From: the human T2T-CHM13v2.0 reference genome, Homo sapiens
Assembly: GCF_009914755.1 (NCBI RefSeq)
Contig: NC_060934.1
Strand: one strand, 5' to 3'
DNA: 64,000 nt
Position 1 is the first letter of the stretch. The number at the start of each line of letters is the position of its first letter. A model generated the notes under the pieces. It did not search any database. It saw only the letters and a list, made by a program, of their open reading frames with translations, and had not been told where the DNA came from. This document shows, in pieces, positions 1 to 15,826 of the stretch. The position numbers were made by a program, and so were the translations under genes.

Positions 1-196
1 CACTTCTGAGCAGATGGCTTCAGGATAATATCAGACTTCCTATCTACTTGGGTATATATCTAAAGGGTTAAGTTTGAGTTTCCTGGATTTCCAGGAGCAT
101 GATGCCACTAAAAGCATTAACATCTTTAAAAAAAATCTGGTTAGGAGGAATATTAAAAAAAAAAAAAAGCTCCATGGAAAAGATTTTTAAAGTCCT

Positions 197-491
197 TGCA
201 GGGCACGGTGGCTCATGCCTGTAATCCAGCACTTTGGGAGGCTTAGGCAGGCAGATCACTTGTGGTCAGGAATCCAAGACCGGCCTGGCCAACATGGTAA
301 AACCCTGTCTCTACTTAAAAAAAAAAAAAAATACAAAAATTAGCTGGGCTAGTTAAAATTAGCCCAGTTACTCAGGAGGCTGAGGCATGAGAATCACTTG
401 AATCACTTGAGCCCAAGAGACGGAGGTTGCAGTGAGCCAAGATCATGCCAGCCTGGGCAACAGAGACTATCTCCAAAAAAAAAAAAAAAAA
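197..491 (+). mobile_element. Alu (right arm partly deleted) followed by (AG)n
   Basis: Alu consensus start, A-rich linker, poly-A tail. Confidence 0.9.
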
Positions 492-2781
492 GAGAGAGAG
501 AGAGAGAAAATCCTTTAGGCTCTGGCATATTGAAAAATCCATTTTGTAAAAACTGGCATTTTCTCCTGAGGAAGAAAGAGTGTTTAGCCCAAAGAATTCA
601 TTCTAAGCTGAGGCATTATTGAAAATTACAATGAAAGGTCTCATCTTTCTTACCAAGTTTATGAGTGGAGGAAATAGGAAGGTGAGGACAGCAGCAGGAT
701 ATAACTCCGTATTTTAAAGTAATTACTGACTGGGCTGACTGTAAATTGTTTAAAAATGAAATGCAAAACATTGTAACATTTAGAACTACAAAGTTTTAAA
801 GTTATTTTAAAACTGTTCCTAGTGATAGCTAGGGTCCATCGATAGTGGGGCCTAGTATCCTTCAATAGACAAGATTTACCTTTCCAACTAGAAATAACAA
901 TATTTCTCCCATCTACTTTGGTAAATAAAGCAAGTTTAACTCCAGCTTCACCTAATTATTTTTATCTTTCTTTTCTTCTACCTTTGTTTTTCCCCTCTAT
1001 CTACTTTTTCTCACATTTTATGTCAAAAAAGTCAGGATAGGAAGCTTCTGAGCCCTTACTTTTGCCCCTATGGGTTTTTTTTTTTTTTTTTTTTTTTGGG
1101 ATGTTAGCACATCACATCTAGCCATAACCTTAGTACATGCACATGTGCACACACACTTTAAAAGAAACTCAGTAATTTCAACACTGAAGAACTACTTCAG
1201 TTTTATTGTATTATCTACTCATAACAAATTACATTGCAATGAGAGATTTTTGCCATGCTACTAACAGAATTCTGGCTTATAATTTGGCCACTGGTGGCTG
1301 TAGCATAAAATGCATTAAAAACAACTCAGTAGCTCTTTGTAGGCATACTGTGAATGCAATGTGTGAACCTCTTGCTCCTGAAAAGATCAGACAAAGCTGA
1401 GGTTCAGGTAATTTGGAATGAAAACAATAAGAAAAAGCTCTGTTCTGTTTTGAAAGCTATTTTGTGATAGCAAATTTCTCTGATCAGTATTAAGGGCCCT
1501 GAAAAACAAGCCAGGAGGGCCACAGATCTAGTCATCTAAATATAAAGGACATACTTCATTTAGATCTCTCCCCTAACACAGGGAGAACCAAGGTTTCATC
1601 TGAATGGATGCAATGGTGTCATAGTCTTGGCGCCTTTGAAATTAACTAAATGATATTTCATACATTATTTATCAGCTTGACATGTGATTTTGCTCCTTGC
1701 ATAAACAAAATAATTTCATTGCCAACTTAGTGGCTTCGGAAACTTGAAGGGGAGCGAGGGTGAAGAGGATGCTTCAGATTCTAGTGTACATCCTGGAAAA
1801 GAAGAGAATTGGGAGTCTATACTCACTTCCTTTGCCTGCAGAAATGTCATGCTACTCAGAAAAAGAGTCTTTCAGGGGTTAAGTAAGCATACACTCTAGA
1901 AAAAAAAGAATCCAGTAAAATGGTATTAGGAGAAACCACTTCTCCAGAATTGACAGGACAAGTGAAAGAAGGCAAATGAAGTGCTAAGCCCTTTGTCCAG
2001 ATGAACAGGCAGATCTGGAGACCTAGAAATTCTTCTTCCCAGTTTTATTTCTGTGTAAATGAGATAGAAGAATAATTCTGTTGCATGATATCCTTCTGAA
2101 CTGCTCAGCTATAAATCATTTGGCAGAGGTAGTTTCAGCAGTTTTGCCCACAACTTCCTTCCTGTCCTCTCTCATCTTTCCATAGATGCTAGGAAAACTC
2201 CAACTATTTTAGTTCCAGGAAGCATTCTTACCTCAGGAGCCAAGTCAATAATAATAAAAATAAGCCGTATCATCTTAATAAGAGATCCAGGACTTTTCTT
2301 CTTAAGTATTTCAAACCATCAATGTGCCCCCTATTAGGATATGGCTACAATAATTTTTATTATAGTTAGAGCAGCATTATTTTCTCAGAATCAGATCCTA
2401 TTTCAAATGTGAATTGAAAGTACCGTACTACAAATCTATTGATTATTTTAAGGTCTGAAATTTGCAAGCTGGATTAGATTGAAAAGATTAAGATATATGT
2501 AATATGCAGTACTCTTCCTACCCCAGTTGTAATCTATGGTTAAAAAAACAGTTTATTAACTTTTGGTAGTGGTATTTGTTGAGAAAAGTGTAGACAATCC
2601 AGAACAAGCTGAGTGTGCTCCCAAAGAGCAGAAAGCCAAGTTGATGCTTTGGCCCTGCATAAAAGCAGGTGGGAAAATCCACAATTGCTAAAACCATGAT
2701 CAATCTCAGTGTCTGAGATAATTGATAAGTCTTCCAGTAGGCATTTGTGATTGGTGGTTAAGAGTTTGCCAGGGGAATTAG

Positions 2782-3080
<299 letters not shown>

Positions 3081-3590
3081 TAGAAATTTTTTTTTAAATG
3101 AAAAGAAGTTTTACAATAGAGGACTAGTGGAGTGAATCATACAAAGACTGACAAGACAGTTAGGCTAATCATTAGAGCATTCTGATTATACTAGTTCTTA
3201 ATGATGTGGGCAGTCAAGAATCTCCTGTCACTTGCAAATGAGCCTGACTCTGCAGGGGGGTTCAGTGCACTGCTGCCCATGACAAAGAGATGCTACTAGC
3301 ATAGCAGGACTCTGAGCTCTCTAAGTCAAAGAAACAGAAGGAGGTGGTTTCAAAAGGTAAGGACAAACCAGGCATCACAATTTTTAAATTTCCTTTTCAA
3401 GAAATAAGATGTTTTCTAGTTACAAAAGTATCATGTTGCTGTTTCAGAATTAGAAGGACTAGGGCACAAAGAAAATAACATAACCTATAAGTTCAGCACC
3501 CAAGTATAATTACTCTATAACATTCTGGAGAATAGCCTTTTAGACTTTTTTTTTTTTTTTTTTTTTTTTACCCCTAATGTACATGTTATA

Positions 3591-4440
3591 CAGCAGGTCC
3601 TCAAATAATGTCATTTCACTAAAACGTTAATAGGGAGTGGAGTTGATTCCCCCACTGGGGCCACTGTCTGTGTGGATTTCCTGTGTTCTCCCCACGTCTA
3701 TGCGGGTTTTCTCCAGGTACTCCAGCGCCCTCCCACATCCCAAAGATGTGCACAACATGTTAACTAGCATTGTTTAAATGGTTCCAGTCTCAGCCAGTGT
3801 GAGTGAGTGTGCCCGTGTGCCCTGCGATAGAATAGATCCTGCCCAGGGCAGATTTCCGCCTTGTAACCTAAGCTACCCAGAACTGCCAAGACAGGTTCTG
3901 GCCACCTATGACCCTAAACTGGAATCACTGGGTAAGTAATTTTCTTACTTGTTCTTAACTAATCTCTTTTAAAGTATACATAGCTCAGTTTATTTTAATG
4001 TGTAACATTTAAAGTGTTTGGGGTCTTTATTTGGAAGTTTGGTGATGTTTTCGTGACCAGAAATATGCAGTAGGAACTTAACTCTTGTTTGTATCAATTA
4101 GTCTCTGGTAAAATTAGATTCATTGGCCAGGTGCAGTAGCTCACACCTATAATCCCAGCACTTTGGGATGCCAAGGCATGCAGATCACTTGAGGTCAGGA
4201 GTTCAAGACCAGCCTGGCCAATGTGGTGAAACCCTGTCTCTACAAAAATACAAAAATTAGCTGGGCATGGTGGTGGGTGCCTGTAATCCCAGCTACCTGG
4301 AAGGTGAACTGAGATCGCACCATTGCACTCCAGCCTAGGTGACAGTCTCAAAAATAAACAAATAAGATTCATTATATGTCATTTCACTTAAAGACACAGT
4401 TTCTAAGAACTTATCGGCAACATTAAGTGAGAACTTACTG
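3591..4440 (+). mobile_element. MER6/MER6A-like TcMar-Tigger DNA transposon, interrupted by an Alu
   Basis: Termini CAGCAGGTCCTC... and ...TTAAGTGAGAACTTACTG with TA on both sides. Confidence 0.8.
4125..4364 (+). mobile_element. Alu with internal right-arm deletion, inserted in MER6
   Basis: TSD AGATTCATT at 4116-4124 and 4365-4373. Confidence 0.9.
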
Positions 4441-4450
4441 TATAATAAAT

Positions 4451-4743
4451 TCTTTCTTTGAGACAGAGTCTCACTCTATCCCCCAGGCTGGAGAGCAGCA
4501 GCGTGATCTCGGCTCACTGCAACCTCTGCCTCCCAGGTTCAAGCAATTATCCTGCCTCAGCCTCCTGAGTAGCTGAGATTACAGGCGTGTGCCACCACAC
4601 CCAACTCATTTTTTGTATTTTTAGTAGAAATGGGGTCTCGCCATGTTGGCCAGGCTGGTCTTGAACTCCTGGCATCAAAGTGATCCACCTGCCTCGGCCT
4701 CCCAAAGTGCTGAGATTACAGGCGTGAGCCACCACGCTCAGCC
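4451..4743 (-). mobile_element. Alu (S/J type)
   Basis: Full-length reverse Alu with similar flanks TGTATA..AAATTCT. Confidence 0.9.
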
Positions 4744-5914
4744 TGTATATAAAATTCTGATAATTTTGCTCACAAACACTTCTTATAGGTTTTAATTACA
4801 AATAACGATTAAAGCACAACCTCTCTTCAAGGCATTCAAGAGTAGAATTTAGCTCTAATGTAGGTTCATGTTGAACTTACCAAAAGTAAGAGAGTTCTTT
4901 TTGGAACAATGTCTCACCAATCAGGTAGTGAATCCCATGGCCTGGGCTCAGAAAGATGTAGACTTCTCAGTCAAGAGTTCTCACGAGATAAAGATACAAT
5001 TTTGTGTCTGTACTGGATAGACACAAAAGCAAGGGAGAAGAGCTGCATGCTCCCTTTTGTGTGTGTTTTCCTGTTGGTGAGGATGAACACATATGGAGGT
5101 GTTTAAGCCATCTCCCAAACTGGATCTTTTAAAGGGCAAAGGGATTTACTCTCATGTATCTTAAGCAAACTTGATTCTATTTTTTAAAGGTATTGGATAC
5201 CCAACTTGGCCATAGCAGACAGGAAGGGACACGTCTCTTCTATAGCAAGTCTCATTTTGTTCTCAGGATCAAAAAATCCCTTTGAAATGCACATAAAAGC
5301 ATTGTCCAATCACTATCAGAAATAACAGCCAAAGCACTCTGACAAAACAAAAATTGATCTGTATATAGCCTCTCAGTGGCCTTTGGGTGAAAAATGCTGA
5401 ACACTTTCACAGTGAACAGGTCAATGCACCCATTTGTCTGTGAGTGACACTTGTAGCATGATTTCTCTTAGCAGGCTTTTTTTTAGCAAGGTCCTGTGCA
5501 GAAGCAAACATCCTAGAAAGCCATATTAAAATAATTACATAGTTGAAAAAGTCTATTGGTATCAATTACTCCAAGAATCTTCCAGATGGAAAACAGTATT
5601 TCCATGCTGGGTGGCACAAAATGTGGGCATTCAACAAAAGACTGGTTGAACCTATTAAGGAAATACATATTGGGAGCCTGAGGGATGAGTATCATAGGCT
5701 GAACAGCCCTTCCCCTGCTGCAGCTATGATATCCCTGAACTGGACAACAATAGAGGTCAGGTTCTTAGGCACTATCAAAAAATAGACATGTTGTGACACC
5801 TGGTGTCTAAAGCAACAGATCTCCTGTTATGCCTCAGAATGGCAACAGCTTCAGAACTTGCCAGAGACCTGAACCTAAAACTACCTGCTATCCATCCCTT
5901 TCAAACACCTAAAG

Positions 5915-6103
5915 ACGAGGGGAAGAGAATGGGCATTATTGTTTAATGGGCACAGAGTTTCAGTTTGAAAAGGTTCTGGAGATGGACAGTGCTGACGGCT
6001 GCACAACAAGCTGAAAATGCTTAACGCCACCAAATTGTACACTCAAAAATGGCTAAAATGGTAAATTTTATGTTACGTAAAATTTACCACATTAAAATAA
6101 AAA
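5915..6103 (+). mobile_element. Old L1M (L1MB-like) 3' end fragment
   Basis: TTGTTTAATGGG..AGAGTTTC..GTTCTGGAGATGG..GCCACC..ATTGTACAC..AAAATGGTAAATTTTATGTTA motif chain. Confidence 0.8.
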
Positions 6104-8232
6104 GCCTAAAAACCAAGCTGGGATGCATGACAGATTGTCTCAGGGACATGCTAACCATCCATCTGTCCAGATTCTACAAGTTGAATCACCAACAAGCTAC
6201 AGACCCATCTAGAGAACCCCAATGTTTTCACAGAATCACACCTTCATACTACGCCCTTTCTTTTGGCTGAGGGCAAACATAAGACATGCCCGCGTGAAGG
6301 CTAGGGCTACACATTGTATACCACTTTTGGAAATAACAGTTTATTTTGTTCAGTTTATATACTATTCAATCCCTTTAGAAAGATCCACTATCCACTGAAA
6401 AATTTTTCCAAGTTTTTAGTCTATGATTTTTTTTTCTCTTGACCAAGAACTACTGTTTTAGATATAAGAATTATGAAAACACAATCCCTACATTTCTATG
6501 TCATAGCATTATTTAGAGGATGCTTGGAGCTTCAATTTTAAGTTCAAGCCTTCTTACACCAAGTATACACAACTATAAATAACTTCCTTTGCTGTTGCAT
6601 TATGTGCTTATGTTTTCATTCTTTTTTATGTTTTCATTCTTATGTTCTTATGTTTTCATTCTTTTTTAGTATCTTATTTTAAGGAACATCAATATCCTTA
6701 AAAGGTAGGTAGGTTACATAAGTGAACGAGAGGCCAATTACAGACTATACAATCACTCATACTGGAGATACATAGAGAAAAGGAACATGATCTGGCGAGG
6801 TCTTGACTGTCCTATAATGTACTTTGGTTAAAGACTCCAAAAAACAACCATGTAAATTGAAAAAAAAAAAAAAAAAAAAAAAAGGTTTCTTGCAGTGCCA
6901 AAAATTATGGCACCTGATTACACATACACCTAGGAAAAACAAACCATAATTACATCCCCATGATTCTAGAAGCACTAGGTAAAATAAGTCATTTAATGCT
7001 GCCCCAGTGAGACATACTAAAAGGTCAAACTAATCTTCTCCATCCATTTTTCTCTAAATCACAATGCAAATGAATAAACAAAAAGTTTCAGTACAAAAAT
7101 TTTGCTATAAATCTCTGCTAGACAGTAATGCCTGGGTACCTATTCTTCACATTTCAGTAACTACCATATAAATCAAATTTTGTGCAAGATTAACAGTGTC
7201 TTTATTCAGTAATTAGGTAGAAAAATGAGACTAATAGAAAGACAGGGGTAAAAGCTGCCTGGAACATGTTATGGTCTTAACATTAAAGTTGCTACATCAG
7301 AGTTTCCAGTATCCTCTTACAGGATCATCTATGTGGGGAGGTAAGAAAAGAACTTAGGAAGATTTTTTAAAAAGCCTCGAATAACTTCTTATTACAACCT
7401 CACTAATATATATACTTCAAGCAAATTAATGAAATTGTTATTGATGATGTTAAAACATATGGGGGTGTTTCACAGACATCTAAAGACAAAATGGTAATAA
7501 TGTTGATAATTTTATACCTGCTCACTATTTTGGACAAGCTATGTTAAATAATGAAAACTCAATATCCCACTTATTTTTAAGTTCATACTAACCCACAAAC
7601 TATTGCCCCTAAGCAAATTTTACCTTGTACTTTACCAGTAAGCTTTGAAAGGGGGAAAAAAAAGGAGGGGGAGAGAATGAGCCTCTGAAGTAGAGAAATC
7701 AAACCTTCCTATATGTTTTGTGTGGCATCTTCTATATATTACTCGTGATCAACGTTGAGTTTTAATAGCAGTCTGATATTTGTTCAGTAACATATTACTC
7801 ACCCATTTGAACACGGTTGATTGTGGGTAGTTTTAACTATCATGGATACCTTTCTACTTCCTAAAGATGTTTCACTTCATATCCTCATATTTTAGTGCAA
7901 AAGACCCACCTATGACTGCCAAAAAGTTTACGTACTTATTACAGGCTCAACATAAAAGGAGAAAAATTTCACATTTGGCATTAGTCCCCATACTTCCAAA
8001 ATGCTACATTCAACATCTCATGCCAAGATCTTGTGCTCATCAGCAATTTTTTGGAAATGCTCGGGGTACAAAATAGCTTACCTAACATATGCAGATAAGC
8101 TAGAAAACCACAGTCTTGACTATTACACCGCTGCCACCCTTACCTGGTATTTTGAATCTCCAAAGAACTTAAGCTACAACCTCATCAGCAAATGTTACAA
8201 GCAAAGTGCTATATCAAAGTCATTTTCTCCTA

Positions 8233-8472
<240 letters not shown>

Positions 8473-8978
8473 TTAAGGAAACAGGAAATTTACTAATTGA
8501 AATATAGTTCTTATTTCCAGAAAGGGTACCCATTTTAAATAGAGCTCTATTTTTAGCTGTGAACCAACACACCCAAGAAATGCAAAACAGAGGAATTCAG
8601 CAGAGTCTACAGAAATGAATATCACTATTATGCCAAAGAGCCCCCCTTTACTATGTGTGGTCCTTATTCTTAAAGTGATATTTCAAAGAAATTAGCCAAG
8701 ATCACATTGCAGTTTTTATGAAACTGTCCCAAATCAATAACCAGAATACAGAAAGATCCTTCTAATGTAGCAGACGGGTCCAGTCCTGTGCTATGGTACA
8801 TCAATTCATGATAACTCTCACAGGTTGCTACATCTCCATGGTTTACAATTAAATATCTGGGCAACATTTTTTACTGGAGCAGAGCTCAACTCACTTAAAA
8901 GTAGAATTATATCACCTCCTTATGATGTCACTTAAAAGGTTTGGATAGGTTTGGATATGCCATTAAAAAGGCATTATG

Positions 8979-9293
<315 letters not shown>

Positions 9294-11013
9294 TTACAAA
9301 TGTACATGGACACGTGTTCACTGAATAGCTGAATAATTACTAGAAAAAAAAAATTGCACCAAATGGCTGGAAACTAGTTATTAAGAGGTAGTGGAAATCT
9401 AGGGGTGAAGGGTAAAGGTGGGTGAGAGGGGCTTCATTTTTTACTTTATTTCCCTATTGGGAATTTTTTGGAGATGAAGTCAACGAGAGAGATTAGTGAA
9501 TTGAATTTTAAAAACAGAAGAGAAGGGAGTCTTTTTTGAAGGCATTATTCAATGGAGATGAAAATATTCTTCTGTAGATACCCTCCTCTCTCCCTGAAAA
9601 AAATGTTTTAATAGATTAGGCTTATTATTATTCTGTCTAAACGGAAAAGCCTAACCATCTTTGAAGGAAATTAATCTTTTGGGAAAGGGCATCCATGTTT
9701 CAAACAAACTCAACTCTATTTAAATAACTTTTTAAACCACAACACTTTGATTTATACCAAATAATGCATTTGTTTTATCTGTCAAATCAAGGGAGGAAGA
9801 GCCACATGAATTCCAGGCCTCCAGAACCTGTTATTTATAATATTCCAAGAGAACCAGACAGGCAGAAGACGAAAGGGCACCCACATTAAACAATTACCAC
9901 CTCTTACTGTAAAAGGCTCCGACAATCAATCCCAACTCTGGCAGTTTCGATTTCTGTATATACTCACCAGCTTCCCCAACATCCACACACTCTAATATCC
10001 ACGGTTTCTGTGGAGTCCACCCTCCCTGCTCCCCATCACTGTGGCCCTAGAGGAGGTATGCCAGCTTCTGATACTGCTTGCTGAGCAATTCTACAAAGAG
10101 AGCCACACATAGTACACAGACTGAAAAACAGAGCTACACAAACACAAACAGTGGAGGCTTTGGGAGAAGGTCCAGTACTCACATTTTTAAAGCCATTCTG
10201 GGGTAGTCCAAGAGAGCTAAGCAACAAAGACAAAATCCTTCAGCTAATAAATCTGTATTACCAGCCAAGGCACCCAGTGAGCAGTCCATAGGTTCCCCCA
10301 GTGGTTCCCTTACATACCTCCTATTTCATTAACGCTTCTCAATGTCTTACTCTTTCCACTATAGTCAAGGAAAACTGCTGAGAACTCATACTTCTCCTCC
10401 CCCTTTAAATCAATCCCCACTTGCCTTCCGAACTCTCAAACTTCAGGATTTCACGCTAGTGCCATGGGCAGGAATCCAAAGTATTTATTTAAGACATATT
10501 TGACACATACATATCTAAGCCTGCCATCTATCCAAGCTACTTGTTTTTCTGGTTTTGACCGACAAAGTCCTATATGATTTGAATTCTGACTATTCTAAAA
10601 GTTAAAGAACAGAAAGGCTGAGAGGAACTGTAGTGCTCTTGCAGGTGATTCTAGACTTGGCATTCAAAAGGGTGTTTGCCATAAACTCATTTCATTATCA
10701 GATCAGACTCAACTTCTTGCACATTAACACACATTTAGTATTTTAGATAACTGGTAAATTTTATTATAAGCAGTAAAAGTGAAGTGGACTCAGAGACTAG
10801 GCAGATCACCTTTCCCTTTACACAGGGGCCTAGAAGTGATAAATAGAAAATAAGAAACTAAGAGATTATTCTTGTGAGAAGTTGAAAATCAACCTTAAGA
10901 GTTTATTTGTGAAGCCACCCCTCCCCAATTCATCTAGCTACTAAGTCATAGGGACAGGAGATTTCACCGTAACATAAAAAAGAACTTTCGGTAGAAAGTA
11001 CATTGTGGCTCTA

Positions 11014-11317
11014 GGCCAGGCGCAGTGGCTCATGCCCGTAATCCCACCACTTTGGGAGGCCAAGGTGGGTGGATCACGAGGTCAGGAGTTCAAGACTAGA
11101 CTGGCAAAGATGGTGAAACTCCATTTCTACTTAAAATAAAAAAAATTAGCTGAGCATGGTGGTGAGCGCCTGTAATCCCAGCTACTCGGGAGGCTGAGCC
11201 AGAGAATTGCTTGAACCCAGGAGGCGGAGATTGCAGTGAGCCAAGATCGTGCCACTGCACTCCAGGCTGTGTGACAGAGTGAGACTCTGTCTCAAAAAAA
11301 CAAACCCCAAAAAGAAA
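11014..11317 (+). mobile_element. AluS
   Basis: Full dimer with A-rich tail. Confidence 0.9.
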
Positions 11318-11319
11318 GT

Positions 11320-11518
11320 AGATTAGTTGCTGAAGCGGAGGGGATGGGAATGACTGCTCATGGCTACACGGATTCTTTTTGGGGTGATGAAAATGTTCTG
11401 GAATTAGGGCTAATACTTTGTACAACCTTCCCAATATACTAAAAACCACAGAACTATATACTTTAAAAGGGTGAATGTTACAGCATGTGAATTGAATTAT
11501 ATCTTGATTTTTAAAAAA
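11320..11518 (+). mobile_element. L1M 3' end fragment
   Basis: GGGGTGATGAAAATGTTCTGGAATTAG..ATACTAAAAACCAC..ACTTTAAAAGGGTGAA motif. Confidence 0.75.
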
Positions 11519-14500
11519 GGACTCATAATCAACACACTGTATTCACAGAGGACCAGTTTCCTTTGCATTTCTTCCCAAGGACAGCAGCAAAATGTAAAAA
11601 TGAAGAGAGCTAGGCCTGCTCTAAATGTGCCTTCCAAAGATGTGTTACAGGTCCTGGGAGGCCGAGGCTTTGGCAAACAAAATTATTCACTGGTTTAGAA
11701 TAGCTACTTATTTCTAAGCGAAGCTCATTAATAGAAAATGCCACTCTCAGGACCTCTGAATGAACATGAGAAACTGTTCTGGTGCAGCCTGTTAAAATCT
11801 GGCTAACTTAACAAAGGGTTAACATGGCCTAACACAGCTTTAATCACAGGGCTCCTTTAGCAAAGATTTTGCCAGTTCTTAGATCTAATTGGGGGGTGTT
11901 ATTCTGCCTCTTATGGCATCTAAACACCCAGAGAAAACATCAGTACAAGATTTCCAGGTCCTCCAAACGTAAAACCCCAGCTCCCTCTTTTTCCAGTTGG
12001 TGCAGATCATCTAAGGAATGAGCATATAAACGAGTACAAAGGGCAAAATGCTATATCCAATACAGCCTTAGGTAAAAAAAAAAAAAAAAATTAAATGGAT
12101 ACAGTGTCCTGACAATATGCATAGAGTTAATTACCAGAGAATGAACCATGCATCATAAAAAAAGTATTAAGTGTCCATTTGACTTCTCCCTGCAGATTTC
12201 TCCCCATATTACACGCAGTATCATCTCAGTCTCTGTCTTAGTCCTGTTTATTCCCCCTTAATCCCAAGGCAAGACTTTTTATTTAAGCTGTAAAACAAAT
12301 TACCTTTCCAAGGTATTTCCCCAAAATCAGCCAGCAAGGAGCCAGGTAGACAGTGGCCTACAAGCAAAGAAGCAAGCCCCAGGTACCATTCACAAGGCAT
12401 GAAGGTGCACAGAGGGAAGAAAAAACAGGCTACCTCATGAAATCTCATTATCAGGTTTATCAATATATTTCCTTTTTACCTAAAATGCTTGCAAGTCTCA
12501 GCATATCTAAACACATCCCAATTCAAAATTAAAAATCCATTTCCAAAGCAAAATAAGTGAAGCAACATTTACCTATAGCTCTGTAAATTCTCAAATGAAA
12601 ATGTGAACAAAAAAATTAGGAACTCTTTGAAGGAAGAAACATTTTCCTACTGTTTTCCCTTTTGTACGGTAGACTGGGAAAATCTGGAGGAAACAGAAAA
12701 ATTTATGATATTTTCCTGTTCCATATTCAGGTTCTAGTTGCTATATTTAGAAATTTGGTATAATCATAATCAATTATTTGTGTAATTTAAAACATTGCCC
12801 CTCACCGAGCAGTAATCACTGTCTGTTAATGTGAGGACTAGACCACAAAGCGTCTCTTCATCATTCTTTTCCCATCCTACTAAAATCTAATAAAAAGGGA
12901 AATTAAAGGGAGAGTAGGATCAGGAGAAATTTACCAAGTCCTGTGGGAAAAATAAACACCAAAAAAATTACAGAAAATATTTTATCCTGAGTCACCACAT
13001 ATTTAGGCAACCACACTCTAAATTAAATTAGCATAATTTTCTGCAGATAAGGAAAACACAGTTTGTTCTGACCCACTGCTACCATGAACTGAGCACAAAT
13101 TTGATAGGAGATTCTAATGTGATTGTTTATAGTGTTTCTGTTCTTTTATCAATGGCGTTTTGGAGATCAAGGGTTAGTACAGAAAGAATTTTAAAACCCT
13201 TCACAATAGCACTCAACCACTGAAGAGAAAATCCAAGTGCCAAAACCAAAATCACGTAGGGTGGTGCAATTCATAATCTATTAAGCATAAGAAAGAGAAC
13301 GGTTCTCCAAAGCAAGAAATTACAAACATCTATTTGATAGCAGCCCTATGGATATGGTCAGGAGAAAGTTCAAGTGCCTACCAAGATAACACATTTGCAC
13401 AGATTTTTTTTTTTTAAAGAATTACTTTTAAGTTAGTTGATGACTTGTTTTAATAACAAAGAATCATGAAACTAAGACATCCTGAAGCTTTAAGAGTCCA
13501 GGCAGGCTCTATTTATTATTCTCATTATTTAAGTTTACTAGTTTGTTGTCTAGTCACAAATTAATGATCTTAACATCTCAGTTTAAAATAGCATCTGAAA
13601 CCACATTATTAGGATAGCAGGGACCACCCAACACACAGGCAACTGAATAAAAACTTGTTCTGTTTAAACTGTCCTTTCCTAGGTATACTACTGTACATAA
13701 TGATTGTTGTGGGAGATGGTCAGAATTTAGCAGAATCCCTCATGACCAATGGCTGGCAATTCTTATAGGATTAGCTTGACTGTTGGTCACAGCAATGGGT
13801 TTATCAACACCAACCACTGTCCTGCAGACATCTGTTTAATATTTAAGTGCCGGTGCAGCAGGGGTAGGTAACAGATGACACAGAGGACAAGCCTGCATGT
13901 GCCTTTATTTTTTCTATTAGAAGAAGCAAGAAGAGGATTTCAGTCACATGCCTGAGAATTACAATTCTCCATTTAGTCTTTGGAAGCCCTAGACTAGTAC
14001 ACGCTTCCTCCGCATACTGCACACTAGCTCACAATAAAAGCAACTAATAGTTGATAACTGAAGCATTCATATTATTTACTCCATTCCAGTATTGCCAGCA
14101 AGTCACTAATATATACAGGGATTGGAGCAGAATCATTATTAGCCCTGGCAAATGCACTAATTCTGCCTCAGATACTAAGCCTAGGTCATTGTTACAGGAC
14201 TGCAGAGCAAGAGAGAAAATAGCACCAAAGAGTGACTTTCTGGATAAGAATTCTTAAGTTACTAAATTTTACCAACTGTGGTTTCTCTCAAACCAGCTTT
14301 CATGAAAGACCAGGTAGTCGTCACTGCCCACCCCCATCTGCAGTGGACAGACACATGTCCTTCTGGGCATGTCCTAATGCACATGACTAGAACACAGCTT
14401 TGCATACACACCTCATCATGTCAGTTCAAAAACACTCAACCTGGTCCATACCTGGTTCAAGAAGATGGGTTCACTGGTCACTTACTTGGATACAGAGCAA

Positions 14501-14619
14501 TGAAAAATTGCTAGAAAAGTAGCTAAATGTTTACGCTGGATTTATTAACTTATTTTCTTATGGGCAAGGGACACATAGTTGAAGTACTAGCCTGCAGACC
14601 ACCCTTTAGAGGAGGTTTA

Positions 14620-14840
14620 TAGACACTGTCAGACTTGACTCACACTGCCTGGTTTACAAGGTCGCTGTGCCTTTGTCCAGCTATATGACCCTAGCAGAGT
14701 CATAGAACCTCTTCAGGGTGCTGCTTTCTCCTCTAAAGTGAAAATAAGGGCAACTCCCTCTGGGTTAGTTGTGAAGATAAACTAAATAATTCACATAAAG
14801 AGCTTATCCTAGTGCCTTGCATGTGTTAGCACTAAAAAGA
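14620..14840 (+). mobile_element. MIR fragment
   Basis: MIR core-like (TATGACCCT..GTCA..AACCTCT..AAAATAAGGG..GTTGTGAAGATAAA..TAGTGCCTTGCA). Confidence 0.65.
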
Positions 14841-14918
14841 TACAAAAAGGGTTAGGGAGGGAACATGAACACAAGGATTAATGAGAATACAAGGAAGGTT
14901 TCTGGAAAAAAAAATACA

Positions 14919-14920
14919 TG

Positions 14921-14963
<43 letters not shown>
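14919..14963. repeat. (TG)n microsatellite
   Basis: Direct. Confidence 0.95.
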
Positions 14964-14966
<3 letters not shown>

Positions 14967-15417
14967 AAGGTAAAAGAATCTCATGTTGTGTTCTAAAACA
15001 AATCATACAAAAGACACAAACCACTATAAATAAGTTATAGCAGAAACAATCTATTTTGGATCCCATATATATGCACTAACTCCCCTAAATCCTCATCATT
15101 CACTAGCCTTCAGATATTCAAATTCTCAGAAACTATAAAATAACTTTATAAAACATTTAGAAAACAAAATATGATGAATGAGCAGCAAGAGACTAACACA
15201 AAAGATCAGGCAGGTTTGAAAAGAAAACAGAACTTCTTAAAATAAATGTTTAGATTCATCTTGGGTTTTCCATTTCAATAGCAAATCTGACACCACTGAA
15301 TAGCAAAGCAAATAACCAAAGACAAACCTAACAATCCAAAATGTGGCACAAAGAAGCAAGATGATGGAAAATGAGAAAGATTATCAAAGCACATAGGAAG
15401 GAAAATGAAAAGATTTA

Positions 15418-15826
<409 letters not shown>

